DNA of 64,000 nucleotides from an uncultured delta proteobacterium (GTDB lineage Bacteria; Myxococcota_A; Polyangia; Fen-1088): NCBI GenBank assembly GCA_963796685.1, contig CAWCMR010000025.1, positions 672,001 to 736,000 of the forward strand, read 5' to 3'. Shown piece by piece: positions 60,975 to 64,000 of this stretch (position 1 is its first letter; each line of letters starts with the position of its first letter). The notes under the pieces were generated by a model. It saw only the letters and a program-made list of their open reading frames with translations, ran no database searches and was not told where the DNA came from. The position numbers and the translations under genes were made by a program.

Positions 60975-62302
60975 GGTCTCGCGCGTAAATAAAAGAGCGC
61001 ATATAGGGACAATTGCGTATATTGTGCACTCAAAGGGAAGAGTGTCGCAATATGGACGAAGTGGAACGGGTTCGAAAGCTCTTTTGTGATCTGACGCCCA
61101 TTTTGAATGAGCGCCAGATTCGACTGTGGGCCGCAGCGGAAGCAGAATCACTGGGTCGCGGCGGCGTCGCCATCGTCACTCGCGCGACCGGCCTGCGCCA
61201 CAAGAGAATCGTTGCAGGGAAAAGAGATTTGCAGGTGCAGCGGGAGACGCCGCCATTGGCGGCACCATGCGAACAGAGGGTGCGCCGCCCCGGTGCTGGG
61301 CGCAAACGCATTGAGGATCAGGACCCAGAACTGGTCAAAGCCCTTGAGCGTCTGATCGACCCCGCTACACGAGGAGATCCGGAATCGCCGCTTCGTTGGA
61401 CAAGCAAAGGCACGCGGCGCCTCGCTGAAGAACTGACAGCGCAGGGGCACCCGGTCAGCGCAACCAAGGTGCGAGAGCTACTGGTGGATCTGGACTACAG
61501 TCTGCAGGCAAACCACAAGACCAGAGAGGGCAAGCAGGATCCAGACCGAGATGCCCAGTTCGAGTACATCAACCGCCGGGCGAAGGAGTTCCAGTCGAAG
61601 GGGCTGCCTGTAATCTCTGTCGACACCAAAAAGAAGGAGAACCTGGGCGATTTCAAGAACGGAGGCCGCGAATGGGAGCCGAAGGGTTCGCCGGTTCCCG
61701 TCCGGGTTCATGACTTCATTGACAAGGAACTCGGCAAGGCGATTCCGTATGGCGTGTACGACCTCGCAAGGAACGAGGGTTGGGTGAGCGTGGGGATTGA
61801 CCACGACACCGCCGAGTTTGCAGTGGAAACCATCCGTCGTTGGTGGAAGAGGATGGGCAAGGCAGTGTATCCGGAAGCGGAGGAGCTGCTCATCACTGCG
61901 GACGGAGGTGGCAGCAACGGGGCACGAGTGCGTCTTTGGAAGACAGAACTTCAGGAATTCGCGGACGAGAGCGGATTGCGGATACAAGTAGCGCACTACC
62001 CGCCTGGGACGAGCAAGTGGAACAAGATCGAACACCGGATGTTCTGCCACATCACCGCGAACTGGAGGGGGAGGCCGCTTGAGACTCTCGAAACCGTCGT
62101 CAATCTGATTGGAGCCACAACGACAAAGCGGGGCCTCCACATCCGCGCCGCCGCCGACCGGAACTCGTACAAAAAGGGAATCAAGGTCGCACACGAGGAG
62201 ATGGAAGCCGTCAATCTTCGCCCCGCCCGTTTCAGAGGTGACTGGAACTACACAGTCACGCCGCAATCAGACTAATGCGATCAGTTATTTTCGCGCGAGA
62301 CC
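60975..62302 (+). mobile_element. ISAzo13-family insertion sequence, 1328 bp
   Basis: 18 bp inverted repeats ggtctcgcgcg(t/a)aaataa (17/18 match); TAA duplicated at 60972-60974 and 62303-62305. Confidence 0.93.
61052..62275 (+). CDS. ISAzo13-family DDE transposase
   Basis: GDPESPLRWTSK, ISVDTKKKE, ITADGGGSN, PPGTSKWNKIEHRMF, GDWNY. Confidence 0.95.
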   Translation: MDEVERVRKLFCDLTPILNERQIRLWAAAEAESLGRGGVAIVTRATGLRHKRIVAGKRDLQVQRETPPLAAPCEQRVRRPGAGRKRIEDQDPELVKALERLIDPATRGDPESPLRWTSKGTRRLAEELTAQGHPVSATKVRELLVDLDYSLQANHKTREGKQDPDRDAQFEYINRRAKEFQSKGLPVISVDTKKKENLGDFKNGGREWEPKGSPVPVRVHDFIDKELGKAIPYGVYDLARNEGWVSVGIDHDTAEFAVETIRRWWKRMGKAVYPEAEELLITADGGGSNGARVRLWKTELQEFADESGLRIQVAHYPPGTSKWNKIEHRMFCHITANWRGRPLETLETVVNLIGATTTKRGLHIRAAADRNSYKKGIKVAHEEMEAVNLRPARFRGDWNYTVTPQSD

Positions 62303-62305
62303 TAA

Positions 62306-62751
62306 GGATGTCGCGGAAGCTGATCTTCGTTTCTGGACTCCTGTCGTGCTTCAGCTGCCAGCTCGGTTTGGCGCAAGCCGCTGGCCGCGCCGGCTGTCCA
62401 GGTAGAGACGAGGCCTGCGTCGCTTGCTTGAGAGCCTTCATGCATTTGAGGCCACTCGATACCTTCGCTTGCACCGCGCTTGGACTTGCCGACAAGGATC
62501 CAGAAAACGAGAAGAAGATCCTGCGGGCAGCTGCTGATGCTTTGACTGCATACGACGAGTTCCTACAGATTCTCTCTGACAAGACGAGTCGAGGCCATCT
62601 CGAGGCGCTTGCTCCCGAAGCCGTTGATTCCGATCCCCTTTTCGGGCAAGGCAGGCAGATTTCCCACCGCTTCCAAGCGGCCATCGACTCGTTTTTCTTC
62701 GATGGAGACCCGGAACTTGGTAAGCTCACACGCCACTACGGAGTCTTCTAA
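62306..62751 (+). pseudogene. Nucleotidyltransferase, 3' part
   Basis: Removing the IS and one TAA restores ...NLKLRMSRKLIF... and an open 371 aa frame. Confidence 0.88.
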
Positions 62752-63503
62752 TGCGCCTTGTCGGTTTTTCCACCGGAGCCCTCGCCCTTGCCGATTTTCG
62801 GCGAGGCTTGGACATGCTCGCAGGAACCAGCGCGAAGGCCGTCGAGCTTTCGGCGCTAAGATCTGCAGAGCTCGATCCCCTGGTGGACTCGCTCGATGGT
62901 TTGGACCTCAGCCGCTTCGCGTATGTCTCGGTCCATGCGCCGGCCGGGATCGATTCAAGCGACGAACCGCACGTCGTCAAGAGATTGCAGGAAGTCGCCG
63001 CTCGCGGCTGGCCCATCGTCGTACACCCTGACTCCATTCACGAACCCTCGCTGTGGAAGGGTCTCGGCAAGCTGGTCTGCATCGAGAACATGGACAGGCG
63101 CAAGCCAATCGCGCGTACCTGCGACGAGTTGCGCGTCTGGTTTGATCGACTGCCGGACGCCCGCTTGTGCTTTGACCTTGCGCACGCGCGACAGATCGAT
63201 CCCACGATGACGGAGGCGTACCTCATCCTTCGCGAGCTCGGTGACCGTTTGACCGAAGTGCACCTCAGCGAAGTCAACAGCGCCAGTAAGCACGAGCCTA
63301 TCTCACACGCTGCCATGCTCGCCTATCGCCAGATCGCCTCGCTGATCCCGACCTCAGTTCCGGTGATTCTCGAATCGATCGTCACGGCCGAGTTCATCGA
63401 CGACGAGATCGATGCGGCCCACGAATCATTGGCCGTCGACGGTCCCCGCCCGCGCATCCGCGCCCGACGCTCGGGCGCGACTCCCAAACCGATACACGCG
63501 TAG
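62751..63503 (+). CDS. Metal-dependent TIM barrel (AP endonuclease 2 / xylose isomerase-like)
   Basis: SVHAP, VVHP, IENMD, FDLAHA, VHLSE, KHEP, ILES; TAATG coupling to the NTase. Confidence 0.8.
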   Translation: MRLVGFSTGALALADFRRGLDMLAGTSAKAVELSALRSAELDPLVDSLDGLDLSRFAYVSVHAPAGIDSSDEPHVVKRLQEVAARGWPIVVHPDSIHEPSLWKGLGKLVCIENMDRRKPIARTCDELRVWFDRLPDARLCFDLAHARQIDPTMTEAYLILRELGDRLTEVHLSEVNSASKHEPISHAAMLAYRQIASLIPTSVPVILESIVTAEFIDDEIDAAHESLAVDGPRPRIRARRSGATPKPIHA

Positions 63504-63571
63504 AGGAGCGTGAGGCTTGCCCGCTCGAAGTGGCATGAGCCACCGGTAGGCACCTACGAGTACTCTCGTCG

Positions 63572-64000
63572 CTAGTCTTCGGTGGTCCGGTCGCTTCGGA
63601 CAGAATGCCAGGCGCGAGTAACGGTCTTCGGCGAGAGAAGGGCACGCAGCTGGTCGATCTTATCTTCCGTGACCACAAGCATCGTGCCCTTCCCAAACAT
63701 CGCATCATCCGTGAAGGAAGAACGCACACCCCCGTCTCGCCACCTCACAGTTCTCGCAACGATCTCACCGCTTCCATCGTGGATCGCAAGGACGTTGTTC
63801 TCGTCGTGCTGCCAGCCCAGACTTCCGGCAACGCGCGGGCACAGGCTCAACGTGTAGGGCTCGCTGGCGCCGAAGTAGTCCGGCTGGAGCATCACGACGG
63901 CGCCCGGTGCGGGGCCATCATACAAGGGCACGAAATCGTCTGGGATCAGTACACTGGGAAGGCTGGCGAGCGCTTTTGACATGGAAGTCCAGCTGTCGGT
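63572..64000 (-). CDS. C-terminus of a hypothetical protein entering from the right edge
   Basis: Frame open to the window end; converges on the TIM-barrel gene. Confidence 0.6.
   Translation of the reverse strand, partial: TDSWTSMSKALASLPSVLIPDDFVPLYDGPAPGAVVMLQPDYFGASEPYTLSLCPRVAGSLGWQHDENNVLAIHDGSGEIVARTVRWRDGGVRSSFTDDAMFGKGTMLVVTEDKIDQLRALLSPKTVTRAWHSVRSDRTTED

Overview
GC-rich bacterial DNA with a myxobacterium-like gene repertoire (ECF/FecR-TPR module, Cys-rich and Gly-rich lipoproteins, DUF4388 proteins, PEGA protein, Ser/Thr kinase); the taxon is inferred, not shown. The backbone carries malQ, glgP, ilvD, an ABC exporter pair, a GAF-PilB/GspE ATPase divergent from a four-gene chemosensory operon, and GH8-, GH44- and CBM11-like proteins. 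There are two accessory regions. (1) About 5.1-14.8 kb: a 7.7 kb stack of mobile DNA (two IS91-family relics, and a disrupted RIT element with an intact RIT inside it) lies between two diverged ~960 bp direct copies of host sequence. The inner RIT sits on the catalytic Arg-His codons of the outer element's recombinases. (2) About 53.6-64 kb: unrelated cargo genes (toxin-antitoxin genes, ankyrin, PHP hydrolase, and a nucleotidyltransferase plus TIM-barrel pair broken by an ISAzo13-family IS) are separated by at least four decayed, co-oriented fragments of adenosylhomocysteinase (ahcY), with a third IS91 relic among them. The most novel-looking signal is this cassette-like array with housekeeping-gene-derived spacers. 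No rRNA, tRNA or CRISPR array was recognised. All family calls come from motif recognition by eye, with no database searches.
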